Positions 43,294-56,812 of a DNA stretch of 64,000 nt are shown in pieces. Numbering within the stretch: position 1 is the first letter of the stretch; each line of letters begins with the position of its first letter. The notes beneath the pieces are model-generated. The model was not told where the DNA came from, searched no databases, and was given only the letters and a program-made list of their open reading frames with translations. This stretch comes from Eledone cirrhosa. Its lineage: Eukaryota. Both the position numbers and the translations under genes were made by a program. The stretch spans positions 225,680,001 to 225,744,000 of the forward strand of contig OZ024741.1 of NCBI GenBank assembly GCA_964016885.1. Reading direction: 5' to 3'.

Positions 43294-43574
43294 GCACAGA
43301 CAATCACACATATATATATATATATTCATAATATTTATACATTTATTCATATATAAATTTATATATATATAAGTATAGCTATCTGCCTATCTATCTATCT
43401 CTGTATATATGTAATTATATATATCAAGAGTAAAAAAGATCTGTATTGTAAGAAAAATATATGATATTAATTTGAATGAGAAGAGCATCGAAAATAGTCT
43501 GAAAAGTAGTCGAAAAATATTTTTAGAAACTGAATAAGTACTATGTCCTAAGATAAAAAAAAACGTGAACTCGT

Positions 43575-43876
43575 TTTATGAAAGGTGGGTGAAAGTGGCG
43601 AGAATGGCCCGAGTGAATGGGCCTTCTCTCTATATCAGCCTGTAGGTTGAGGAAAAGGAGGAGGAGAGGAAAGGAGTACAAGCTCTTCGTACTCCTGGAG
43701 ATGAGGGTTGCACATTTTTTTTCGGGGGTATGTGTTACCCATATAAACTGTCTCCCTCTATTGGGGAAAATCGACTAACTTTTAAATTCCATCTGTGATA
43801 ACATTTTACACGTTTTTATTGTATGTAAACTTCCCCCTTTGTATTTGTCCCCTTCTTTTGTGCCCTAATAAAGAAA
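43575..43876 (+). mobile_element. Tx1/L1-type LINE 3' end between 183-bp direct repeats
   Basis: ERWVKVARMARVNGPSLYISL* and aataaagaa end match 50200-50580; 43392-43574 repeats at 43879-44061. Confidence 0.85.
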
Positions 43877-45489
43877 TATATCTATCTCTGTATATATGTA
43901 ATTATATATATCAAGAGTAAAAAAGATCTGTATTGTAAGAAAAATATATGATATTAATTTGAATGAGAAGAGCATCGAAAATAGTCTGAAAAGTAGTCGA
44001 AAAATATTTTTAGAAACTGAATAAGTACTATGTCCTAAGATAAAAAAAAACGTGAACTCGTGTTTAAAATAATACAACCGGGAAGAGAGAAAAACAATAA
44101 AATAAATGTAAAAAATGCAATGCAACAAATTCTTTAAAGTTCAAGCGATGAAATGGATCTAACAAGTGTAAATCAAATATTCTCTGAAACAACTATCAAA
44201 ATATGAAAAAAAAGTTAGAAAATAACGATAGATACAAAGTTTGAATAAGAAAATGAATAGTGAGTCACTGTGGAACATGAACATACCGAAAGAGATTATC
44301 TAAAATAGAAAGGATTTATCAATATTAACAGAAATGGAAGTTCAGTAAAAAGAAAAAAAAAGAAAAAATGAAATTAAAAATAATATAGAAGAAATTTGAA
44401 ATAAGATGAAATACGGGATTGAGGTAACATCTAATGCAACCAATTCTCCCAAATTCCCAAGGGGTTTTCCGGATTTAAAAAATGACAAACTAATTATGCA
44501 AAATAAAAGGTTTAGTTAGAATACGAAGTTATTTTAAATAGAATTAAATCAGAAATATATGTTATATATAAATATATATCTTTAGAAATTGATATCTATC
44601 TTTACAAAAGATAGTATTTACAAATTATAGACTGAAATATAGAAGAAATAAAACTAATTCAACAAAGAAAACTCAATATATACTAATCTAAGACATAAAA
44701 CAAATGGATACGAAAAACAGCTGAAGATATTAAAACACGGATACATCACTGACAGGAAATGACAACTGACGATCCTTAGGGATCGATAAAGTCTAAAACT
44801 GTTCTACTTAGCCAAAACACTCGACATAATTGAAATATATATAAACGACATCAATGAGTATCCGACGTTCTAAAGGTTCTGCCAATTCGGCGCCGAAATA
44901 AAATATATAACGACAAAAAGAAGAGCATCACAGCAACTACTACTGAAATGTGAGAGAGGTGCCATGCAATTACAGACATAATATACATTTTAACAATATA
45001 TAAAATCCTATATGTTGGGAAAGTTATGTTATATCCACTAAAAAATCAGTTACGACCAGCAGCAAAAATGTAACAAATTTCAATCGATAAAACAAAATAT
45101 CTCATACAGGGAACCATTTGCATATATGGGGCCCAGTAATATCCGAAACAGAGTACATGTACAGATACAGCCAGGCACCTGGGTGTCTTCACAGTCCAAT
45201 TATCAATATTATATCATTATATAATCTTACAAAAAAAAATAATACAACACAATCCTAAGAGACAGATGGCGCCTCTAAGTTATAAACTTCAGCGATTTGC
45301 TTTTTAACACGCGCAGGTTTGTCAGCAATTTAGTCTTAAATCAGTAGTGTACCTCTTACTAGCGAATATCGCATCACTACTTTGGAAAATATGATCAAAT
45401 CTACAGTTCGCTGATGCGTGCTCAGAAAACCTAAACTTATCGGAGGCTGCTCCCCTTCTCGGCAAAATGATTAAAAGTTTTATTAATTA

Positions 45490-46509
45490 TTAGCAGTAAA
45501 GCCCGGCGTTGCTCGGGGTCGCTCAGTAGCTGTGTTAAAGTTACAATGTTAAGTTTCTTTTTTGGCTTAAAAACTGTAGTGTCTACTGTACAGACTTGCA
45601 TGTGGTGTTTTTGATTAATATTCCCTCAACCAACAATATGCCTTATGAAGTTAAGAAAACATAACGATAACCCGAATGTTATAACAAAAGAGGATGCTGG
45701 GGATAAAAACTGCACTGGTTATTTATTAACAAAGATCGAAAATGTAAACACTGCAACGCAGAGAAAACATTAGCGTAACCAAATTATCAGTTATGTCTGT
45801 CTGCACGCCTATATCACCTCTCTGCACGACTGTCTGTCTGCACGCCTATATCACCTCTCTGCACGACTGTCTGTCTGCACGCCTATATCACCTCTCTGCA
45901 CGACTGTCTGTCTGCACGCCTATATCACCTCTCTGCACGACTGTCTGTCTGCACGCCTATATCACCTCTCTGCACGACTGTCTGTCTGCACGCGTATATC
46001 ACCTCTCTGCACGACTGTCTGTCTGCACGACTGTCTGTCTGCACGCCTAACGACGAAATATTTGCTTGTTTTACGTAGTCTTTAAATAGACTTGTTTTCA
46101 AGTAAAAATATTGTTTTAAAATGCTTTTAAATGGAAATGAAGCAAAACGGAAGCTTAGTGTTCGAACTGATGAATTTTGCAGGTCAATATTTTGCTGGCT
46201 CGACAACTGTTCGTGTATTGTGTTAATGTCATTTTAAACGCTGAGAAAGCCAGCGTAATTTTTTACGTAAGACGCTCAATGTAAACAGAACAAAGGGAAA
46301 TAACTGATAACTTACGCTCAAAAATCGATACATTAGATTCGATTTCGTCACATAGGGTGGGTCAATTTGAAATATTTTTTTCCGATGTCTTCGCTAGGGC
46401 TCAATGTACAAGTATAGCAATTTCGGTGCAATTCCGTGAGAGATTCTAAGAGGAGATGTGTGCCAAAAATCGATAGACAGACAGACAACCACAGTTTTAT
46501 ATATATAGA
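45490..46509 (-). mobile_element. Non-autonomous Helitron-like element
   Basis: Minus strand begins A|TCtatatatataaaactgtggttgtctgtctgtc and ends with GC-rich hairpin cccgagc-aac-gccggg then CTAA|T; inserted between A and T with no TSD. Confidence 0.75.
45793..46048. repeat. 37-bp minisatellite, about 6.5 copies, inside the Helitron-like element
   Basis: tgtctgtctgcacgcctatatcacctctctgcacgac in tandem. Confidence 0.95.
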
Positions 46510-47408
46510 TTGAGCTGATGTGGTATTTTTGTTGGGCTTTTTGTAACAGATTGTTGATTCCCATTCGTAAATATGCTAATAATAAATTAACTAATTCTAT
46601 GAACCCTGGCCTCGTGATGGAGTCGTGGTAGCACTAATACAAAAAGCATATATTCACAAAAAAATCTTGAAAAATCATATCCTATATTAGCATTTCTTAG
46701 TTCACAGAATCATCTATATTAATACTATAAACTTAAAATATTATCACAATAAATTACATATAATTAATTATTTCATATATATCAAACATCTAAATTTGTA
46801 CACAATTTTGCAAACTAGGGGGATTTATTATTTTAAAAACAAGCAAATCTGGACATTTCTTTCGCCACTGAAAGAAAAATCTCAGCATATCTCCATTTCT
46901 CTTTGGTGTCTCTGGTAATATTATATAGGAGGCAGATTCGATAAAAAATTTCTCCAAGTGGACTTTGAGACAAACATTTGACAAATGGAGGCATTTTCAG
47001 AAGTTTCCGTCTGGTTGCATCTTCATGTCTGTCATTTAAAAAATATTTATCAGATCGTTCTTTTATAAATGCACGCGGATACATTTATTTGGAGTACATC
47101 TACAGAAACGTTTAAAAGATTTTTTTTTGTATTTTACTAATATCATAAAATACACTAATATAACCTAGTATCATATTATACAATATTATACGTTAATATC
47201 ATATTAGTCAATAATGGTACATCATATCATCATTTGATGTTGATATCGCCATCTAATAACATTTAATGGTTAATCGAGATTTACATCACTCTCTCAAAAA
47301 AAAAAAAAAAGACAGAGGAATTCAAGAGAACCTTTTGTTTGTTATTGTTTTTGTTGATTTTTCGATATTATAATTCTTTCGTTGATAGAAATGTAGAGAG
47401 ATACTTAC

Positions 47409-47582
47409 GAGTTTTGATGTAGACTTTTCATCTACAGGCGACAGGAGAACATTGGAGAATGGTATTTCAGCGTTGAATTTTACTGATTGCATCAGGCGCA
47501 TCACACAGTTGGATACATTTCGGAAGGACAGCTTTTTGGGCCGTAGTCCGCCGAAACCTCTCTCGAAAAGGGTACTGGGCTG
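47409..47582 (-). CDS. Adenylate cyclase exon (C1b): QPSTLFERGFGGLRPKKLSFRNVSNCVMRLMQSVKFNAEIPFSNVLLSPVDEKSTSKL
   Basis: Polypyrimidine tract and CAGCAG acceptor, donor gtaagta, 174 nt phase 0-0; KLSF.NVSN..K...PFSN recalls invertebrate Ac78C/ADCY8-like cyclases (from memory). Confidence 0.88.
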
Positions 47583-47714
47583 CTGTAGACAAAAACAAAA
47601 AAGAAAAGAAAGAAAAATAACAATCAGAATGATGCACAAAATTATTTTCCACTTTACATGACAAGATATTTGTAAAGATAAAGAAATAGAGATAAATATA
47701 ACTGCAAAAAAATG

Positions 47715-47935
47715 ATTTCTAGTATAGGCACAAGGCCAGTAATTTGAGGGAAGGGCAAAGTCGATTAAATAGACACCAATACGTTACTGGTGCTTTATTT
47801 ATCGACACCGTAAGAATGAAAGGCAAAGTTAACCTCGGCAGGATTTGAACTCAGGCTGTAAAGGATCGTAACTGAAGGCTTATAGTGCTGCAAAGCATGG
47901 TGTCCGACTCTCTGCCGATGCTGCCAATCCACAAC
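47715..47935 (-). mobile_element. tRNA-derived SINE, same family as the 14815-17230 cluster (also about 48060-48630, 52900-53110 minus; 13810-13970, 57430-57600, 58780-58880 plus)
   Basis: Shared A box, B box and central domain. Confidence 0.8.
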
Positions 47936-48639
47936 CCTTATATAATTGCAAAAAATAAAACAACTGAAACATCTTTTACTTTTCATTGCCATGTTGGAGC
48001 AATGAACAGCAAAGTTGATCCCTGTAGTATATGCAACCCATAACATATAGCTTGATAGAAACATGATTTCAAACATAGCCACAGGCCACAAATGTTTGTG
48101 GGGGAGGGGTAAAATCGATTAAATTGGTCCAAATATTTGACTGTTATTTATTTTATCGTCGTTGAAATTTAACATCAAGTACAGTCGCTCCAGGTGGGAT
48201 TTTAATTCTGCGTTTAAATCCCACTGATGTAATCTTTGCATTTCATCATCCCAGGCAAATACCTAAATACATTACCAGATGAGTAACAAGGTCAATTTGG
48301 TTGACTTTCTCCTCCCAGCAAATTGGTAGCCTCTTTTCGTAATTGGAACCTGTTGTTAGGGCAATGCTTTACTCTATTTACTCTGGCGCTTTATGATCTG
48401 TGTTCAAATACTACTGAGATTAACTTTGCCCCTCATCCTTCCGGGGTCGATGAAATAAAATACTGTACTATGATCTGTTCCCCCTTTACACATAATTAAC
48501 TAGTGCTCCATTTTTTCCATCCACGAAAAGATGAAAGTACAAGTTGTCCTTGGTAGTATTTGAACCCAGAGAGTCGGAATAAATAACGCAAAACATTTAA
48601 TCTGACGCTCTAACCTCTTTGGCAACTCGATGCCGATAT

Positions 48640-49097
48640 TAACTGATGTAGTTATTAAAGCCGCCTTAAATCCAGGAAAAGTTTGCTTAAGAGCGTCACA
48701 ACCCTTGAACATCAAGCATAAATAGTGAAAGAGTCACTCGCTGGGAAGAAAAACTTAACAACCCCCATCTGTAACAACAATGGAACTAAAGGAGTGCGAG
48801 GCATTAGCCCCGGAGTAGATACAAATTATGCAGTGTGGCTATAATCTGGTGTTGGTCGTGCAAAAGCCAATCTGGGAAAATAGGGATATTTAAACGATGA
48901 GGACGTTGTGTGTGACTGCAGCATCGAATCACAGACTATGCAGCACCCCCTGATATGCCCCCTGCTGGAACACCCCTACACAGCATTGGACTTGGCAGAG
49001 TCTAATGAGAGGACAGCAATGTGTTCAGCTGTGGCGAAACCACATCTAGCCAAGCTTTGTAACTGGCTCTCTTATGGACACGATAAGAAGAAGAAAT
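48640..49097 (+). mobile_element. LINE 3' remnant (possibly Ingi/Vingi-like) with (AAG)n tail
   Basis: GVGRAKANLGK*GYL..VCDCSIESQTMQHPLICP zinc-knuckle-like C-terminus; ends gataagaagaagaa. Confidence 0.55.
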
Positions 49098-49695
49098 TAT
49101 TTAATGTGTATATATTAATGGCTTATAGTTATTTATTATATTTTGTATAGAAATTCAGCTATATTAGTCTTTTAAATTTGCATAACAGTCCATAAACTGA
49201 TAAATAACTTCAAACTAACAATTTTTGCGTAGACAGCAGATAAGTATTCTTTCTTTGATGAAAGTCGAGAAAGAATAGAAGCTTATTTTTCTGCCAATTT
49301 TTTACACGTGCTGTAAAATCCCATTTCGTTTTGCTTTGGTAAGTGAGGTTAAAATTACATGTCTATTTAGAAAAAATTGAGTTGTCGTACTTTTCAGTCA
49401 GCATATATAAATGTTTGTGAATAGACGAGTAACTTCGTGTGTATGGATGTATATGTGCTAATAGTTTTATATAAAATGCGAATGTGTACATATATACAAT
49501 TTTGTCTGCAGAAATTAAGAGATTAAATGTTGTAGTTGAAGTTAAATTTAATAATAAGATTAAAAAAAACTGTCTTCTATTTAATTTATGTATTCAGACG
49601 GAAGAGAATACATTTTCAGTAAAATTACTCTTCTTCAATGAAAAGACATTGAACAATCGATAATAAATGAACTATATCTATCTATCTATCTATCT

Positions 49696-50580
49696 TGGTA
49701 GCTGTTTGGTAGTCTGTTTGGTAGGACTTTCCGCCAGGGACCTATGGACAACTTCCAGAGGTCCCTGGCCTGGCAGTGCTACCGAGGAGCTCTACCAGTT
49801 CGTGACAAGATCTACAGGCACGGACGCCTCGGCAAGGATCCTTCCAAGAGGACGTGTCCAATATGCGCGCAGGACATTGAAACCATCCTGCAGGCAATTG
49901 TACACTGCCCGGGCGTAACCGACCTGTGGAACTGCGCGGAACAACTGCTGTCGTGTATGGGACAAATCCAGTTGACTGACGAGACTATAGTAAGGATCAA
50001 ACAACCAACTTCTTTCAATAACGAAAGAGAGGCGGTTTTTCTCTGTATAGTGGCTATGGTAAAAGAGGTTATATGGTGGACGAGATTGAGAGGACTGAGG
50101 ACAGATGCCTTTCTCTCCGGACATCAACTCATTCCCTTCTTTAGATACTACTTTAGAAGGAGAATCAGAGTGGAGAGAGAGGCACTGCACCCCAGTAAAT
50201 TTACTGAAAGGTGGGTGAATGTGGCAAAAATGGCCCGAGTGATTGGGCCTTCTCTGTATATAAACCTGTAAGTTGAAGAAGAGAGTAAAAGGAAGAAAGG
50301 AGCACTTGCACAACACGCTCTATCGACGGGGTATTAAACAACCCATTTTTGGCGCCTCCCCTCTATTGGGGATTTCGATTGTTATAATTGTTTGTTTCAT
50401 ATTATGTAAAATCCCACCGAGGTTAACTTTGCCTTTCATCCTTACGGGGTCGATAAAATAAAGTACCAGTAATGCAATGGGTAATTGCTGGCCTTGTGCC
50501 AATAGTAGAAACAATTATGTAAAATCCCCATGTCTTTGTTTTGTCCCCTTTTCTCGTGCGCCCTTGTGGCTAATAAAGAA
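49696..50580 (+). mobile_element. Tx1/L1-type LINE 3' fragment within (TATC)n, with nested SINE piece 50416-50513
   Basis: ORF 49744-50271 with zf-RVT-like AWQCYRGALPV..CPICAQDIETILQAIVHCP; (TATC)n on both flanks. Confidence 0.85.
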
Positions 50581-50882
50581 ATCTATCTATCTATCTATCT
50601 AGCTATTTATATGTAATTGCGCTAGCTATGTGTATATGTGTTGTGTATTGTATGTATTGATATTGAACACATATTTATATGTGAAAGTGGTTTTAAACAA
50701 TTGTGTACGTACGTACGTACGTATGTATGTATGTATGGATGGATGGATAGATGGATGTATGCATGTAGGTATGTATATATATATATATATACACATACCT
50801 AGATGCATACATCCACCCATTCATCCTTGGCAGGATTAACTTTACTAGAAATAATTATGATTAATATTCGAAAAGCTCAGAT

Positions 50883-50936
<54 letters not shown>

Positions 50937-51009
50937 GAAAGTCCCCCAAAATGTATAGAATCTTTGATTATTTGGCTGTTGAAGTGTGTATACATTTTTT
51001 CGGACAACC

Positions 51010-51047
<38 letters not shown>

Positions 51048-52187
51048 TAAAACTATGTATGCGTAGAATGTGTATTTAGGTACCTGTAGGCATTTCATGT
51101 CTCCCTATATCAATTATAAGAAACTGAAGAGTTGTCATATTTTTGTGCGGTATGCATTATTGGAATGAGGAATAAAACTGTTTTGGAAATTCACCAACAA
51201 CAACAACAACATTAACATCAACATTTGCAATGATAATAAGACAACGAACACTGACAATAATAGCCCTCACAACACAACAGCAATCGTTATAGAATCAATA
51301 TCATTTTCCATTAACAACCACAACGACAACAGCAGAAACATCAAAATAATATTAACTGCATTAACTACAATAAGAACTTCTACAATAGCATACAATTAGC
51401 TACAAATACAAGGAAAAAATAAAACAACATCTAAACATACACAGAAAGATTGTTGCTATAGTAACGATTATTTCCAACACTCCAGCAACAATTTCGGCTT
51501 TAGATTAAAATGGTAAGTAAATATACCCCACAGACACACAAAAGCCAAGTATTATTGTTATATGTTACCCTACAGATTCACACAGAAGCTAGTGAGGATT
51601 AATGTTGACCCATTGGATATACAACCTATATATATAATCCCCAAAGCTACATACCAGCTAACAAGTGTTATTACAAGTTAACTTGTGGACGCAGCATAGC
51701 CGAGTGGTTAAGAAGTTCACTTCACAATCACTTATTCACCAGTTCGAGCACACTGCCTGTCATCTTTGGTTAGTGTCATTTACTAGAGACTTGGGCCACC
51801 CCTTGCATCACACATGAAATTTGGTAGCGGGAAACTGGTAGATGGAAGCTCGTCAGATATATCTTTTCCAGCGGCCTTGCTACATTTGAGCTCTTTAACT
51901 GCTCTCTCAGCCTCTGAGAAATTAGTCACCGCTCCTAGATACACTTCGTTTTAGCAAGGATTTTCTATTTTAAAGACCATTTTCCAGTACATAGACATCT
52001 TTAATTCAATGGGTCAGCTTTGTCACACTAAATATCTCTGAGAATTAAGTGAATGGTACACGTGTCTGTGGAATACTCAGACAGTTAGATGTTAATTTCA
52101 TGAGCAGGCAGTTCCGCTGATTGAAAAACCGGAAGACTCGTCGTCGAAACCAACGCAACTCCATTCCACATATTAACTAATATTATC

Positions 52188-52410
52188 TTGGCAGTATCGG
52201 TAGAGGGTCAGACACCATGCTTTGCAGCATAAAGTTACGGCCCTTTATGATCTAAGTTCAAATCCCGCTGAGGTTAACTTTGCTTTTCATCCTTACGGGG
52301 TCGATAAAATAAAGTACCAGTCACGCACTGATGTCGATTTAATTGACTTTCATCCCCTCCTCCCCCCAAAAGAAATTGCTGGCCTTGTGCCTATACAAAA
52401 AACCATTATC
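52188..52410 (+). mobile_element. Near full-length tRNA-derived SINE
   Basis: A box tggcagtatcgg, B box gttcaaatcc, central gcttttcatccttacggggtcgataaaataaagtaccag, tail ggccttgtgcc. Confidence 0.85.
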
Positions 52411-54259
52411 TTATCCCAAGAAGTGAATTGTCGTAAGAATTATAACGGCGCATAGGAAGTCTTGTACAATTCATTCCTGCTCTTTTCAAATCCTGCCAGT
52501 GCCATATTTACGATTTTAGCAAATATATGGTTAAATATTGTTATACTTTGGGATGGTCATACTGCCAATAAAAATACAAGCATGAGCTGCTGTTTCACTT
52601 CAGTTTTATGATTAGGTAACTAATAACCGGATGGTAGGTTAATTGTCATACTTAAACGTCAATGCTCTTTCGTCACACATTCTGTGACATTCACAATGAT
52701 TCTTCTTGAACATCTATGTCTCCTCATTGCTTTGAGTTTGCAATATGTACTGCTACTTCTCTTTTTGTCAGATTCTGTGACGAAAGAGCTTTGACAATCA
52801 AACATGATCATTAAATATTATTAGTTAACATATTATGGTTATTAAACATGATTATTAAATTAATAAACTAAGCGAGGATTGGATTAGTTTCCTAACTAAT
52901 AATGGTTTCTGAGTTAGACACAAGGCCAGCAATTCGGAGAGAGGGAAATCGATTAAATCGATCTCAGTGCATTACTGGTACTTTATTTTATCGACCACGT
53001 AGGGATGAAAGGCAAAGCTAACGTCAGCGGGATTTGAGTGTAAAGAGCCGTAACTCTATACCACAAATATATTGTCCACCGCTCTACCGACACTGCTAAT
53101 CCACTACCATAGTTACATAACTAAACTCAAATGAAACACAACTTATCTTATACAGTATGATAATGATTATGCAGTATGATTAACTATTTGGGACAATTAT
53201 ATTTGTTGATCATATTTCTTTCTGGCAGAGTGTACCTAAACTGCAATTTACCTTCTGACGGCAGATTGTGATTGGAGGGAGATGAGACTACTATTTATAT
53301 AAGCTTGTGTAACAGATTAGAAGCTTCCTTGTTGGCTGATAGACATGCTGCTGTTTAATCAATGGTCAGATCCTTTCTAGCAGACTTATAATGAAATATA
53401 TTTAAGCTGTGACCATCCCTACACGCCTATAGTCAAAGCTACATTATTTAATGTCAAACCTGTCAACTCTCCCCGCCCGAGGGGGAGATCTTTCACCCAC
53501 CTTAAAGTGGGTGGGAGATGTCTTCTCTTGTGAAAATGGGTATAGCTTTTATTATGTAAAATCTCCCCACTTTGCCTCATTTCTCCCCGTTTTTGAGCAC
53601 TTTTAGAGGTTTGGGGTTTTAGAGGTTAGTAGATAATAGAACGCCAGTTGGGAGATTTGGTTGCTATTTCTATCAGGTATAGGCTCACGTTTCAGCCACT
53701 GTTGCTGCTGTTGTTGATTTTGATGCTGCTGTAATTGTTTAATCACAAGTAGAGCAGATTTATAATCGAAGATGTTCTAACATTAAGCAATCTGTTTTTA
53801 TTTATTTTCAGAATATTATGAAATATGTTTTTTATATCATAAAAGCTTGTAAGGTCTAATTTGATGAAGATTACGTTGCTATTTCTAACTAATGTATATA
53901 CTATGCATGAACTCAATTGTCTACTCATAACCAATGAAGTAATAAATAAATGGCTGACCGAAAGATTTTCATCTGAATGTTGGCTAGACATTATAATATT
54001 GCTGAAGATCATTGAAATAACTAATTATTTAATTAAAGTATAATAGAGAGGTTTCTGCTACTAAATGGCAAATCAGACTTCTGGAGAACTGATGGCATTG
54101 ATTAAGTTAATGAGTTTTATTTAATCAATTAATCTACACAATTGTAATTGGCTAATTACAGTTCTAAAAATTAAATCGAATAAAATTGTGTTAGTCTTTA
54201 AAATTTCATAATATTCGAATTAGAATTAAGAAAACAATTGGTCTGTGAACTGGAGTTTA

Positions 54260-55560
54260 TTTAATACAGGTAAGTCTGCAAACTCCAGCCGACTGATTTT
54301 ACACCTGCCTTTCGTGATACCACTTCCAACCCGGCTGCGCAAGTCAATCATGTCCAGGAAAATAAGGAACCATAGAGGTGACAGTACGCACCGATTTGTT
54401 TCGATTTAGTACCATTTATTTGAACACATATACTCTGCACTGTCCATTGGATAGTTTGGATCGAAAATCTTCCCACATCTCATAGACTTTACCGGGGAGA
54501 ACAAGGAGATCCCTCTGAAATTGGAAAATCTCTCTTGTCTCCCATTTTGAAAATTGGGATTATCACTCCCGATTTCCATTGCTTAGGTGCATTTCCAGAG
54601 ATCCAGACCACCCGGCACGCATGAGTCAGCCAGAAAATACCTTCTCTATTTAAGGCTTTTAACATCTCGTGCTGGATTTCATCTTTCCCAGCGGGCTTGC
54701 CACATTTGAGCTCTTTAACTGCTCTTGTGACCTAAGCCTCTGACAGATTAGTCACCGCTCCTAAATACCCCTAGTTCTAGCAAGGACTCTCTATTATGAA
54801 GACCTTCTTCCAGTACAGCGACATCTAGAAATATACATGTTTTAAGGGGAATCACGTATAGAGATTAATAATTGATTTTGTTATTGTCTGTCATCTCTTC
54901 GATTCTGTGCTGGATGTTCCTGTTAAGAGAGGGGCTGCGCTGTCAACTAAGAACCATCTAGTTATCTGCAACTTGAGATTACCTAAAACCAAAGAAGCCC
55001 ACAAAACCGGTAAGTCCTAGTTGACCTACAGAATAAAGTGGGAAACATTGGTGGATAAGGCAGTCAGGACCTGGTACACAGATACTATTGCATCCAAATT
55101 CAAAGACCTCCCTGAGCAAACTGAGAACGTTGAGAGGGAGTGGAGATTATTCAGCTCTGCAGTTTCTACTTCATTTGTTAAATGCCTCGGGCGACAGAGG
55201 TTTGATATAGCACAGGATGGTAAGCGGACCCCTTAGTTCAATCAAGAGGGCGAAGATGCCATCCGAGCAAAGAAAGAGTCCTAAAAAGCTTGGCTTGAAA
55301 ATAAGTTCTCGTTCTTGCATAAGCAGGTACGAAGACACGCAGCAGAGCCAGTAAAGGCATCCAAAGTTAAGACATAAGACGACTTTGTGTTTAAGCTGGA
55401 ATCAGAAAATAAAGTGTTTTGGTAGACCATCCACCGACTTCCTAATACGAAGTCCTTTTCCAAACCAGCCATCCGGAACGTATCGGGGGTTCTTCTTCAG
55501 AGATGTGCACCCTCGCGAGGTGGAGAGAATACTTTATTGATCTCCTAAATCTGATCACAA
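54260..55560. mobile_element. Decayed RTE-clade LINE with internal inversion near 54826
   Basis: Minus 54826-54260: AVKELKCGKPAGKDEIQHEMLKAL..W..GVIIPIFK; plus 54830-55560: LIDFVI..V.VKRGAALST.NHLV..ARWREYFIDLLN. Confidence 0.7.
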
Positions 55561-55567
55561 CAACAAC

Positions 55568-55599
<32 letters not shown>

Positions 55600-55649
55600 A
55601 TGTGTGTAATCATATATATATATATATGATTAAACACACACACACACAC

Positions 55650-55715
<66 letters not shown>

Positions 55716-56191
55716 ACACATACACACACACATATATATATATATAATTATATAAATGTATTATGTGGCTATTTATGAATGTTCAAGTGTGTAGGCCATA
55801 CAGATTATTGTTAAGTAGTTGAAGTTTGTAATATGGACACTGCTTTTCAACGAAAAGTTCATAGACTATGTGGCTTTGTCTTATATTTTCTATATTTATA
55901 GAAAACTGATAATATTGAAAGTCTCCAAGCACTACACTAGATATTGGCAAATTATACTGATTAGAAAAATAAAACATTTAGAGTAATTATGTGAATTCAT
56001 TTTTTATTAAAAGAAACTTTTTCACAGAAAATAAAAAGAGTAATTATGAAAGAAAAATATTTAAGGCTTGTGATTCTGGAGTTTCATCTGTGTGCTTACG
56101 GGATCATCAGATAGTATATAGGAAGAGACAGAGAGAGAAAGAGAGAGAGAGACGGATATATATATATATATAAATATATATATATATAAAT

Positions 56192-56259
<68 letters not shown>

Positions 56260-56276
56260 TTATATATATATATATA

Positions 56277-56588
<312 letters not shown>

Positions 56589-56757
56589 AGAGAGAGAGAG
56601 AGAGATTGAATAATAGATAAATGGATCGATTAGAACATCATACTCCATGTTGGAAATTTGTGGATGTCTTTACCCAATCGGACTCTTCTACGTTTCTCTA
56701 TTGTCCAAAACCAAACAGTGCAACGTATATTTTCTTGTTGCTGTAGTAGTAGTAGTG

Positions 56758-56812
<55 letters not shown>

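Noticed and set aside
45793-46048. 37-bp repeats (also 28-bp at 22148 and 60-bp at 61850) as a CRISPR-like array
   Set aside because: No unique spacers, eukaryotic context, no cas genes.
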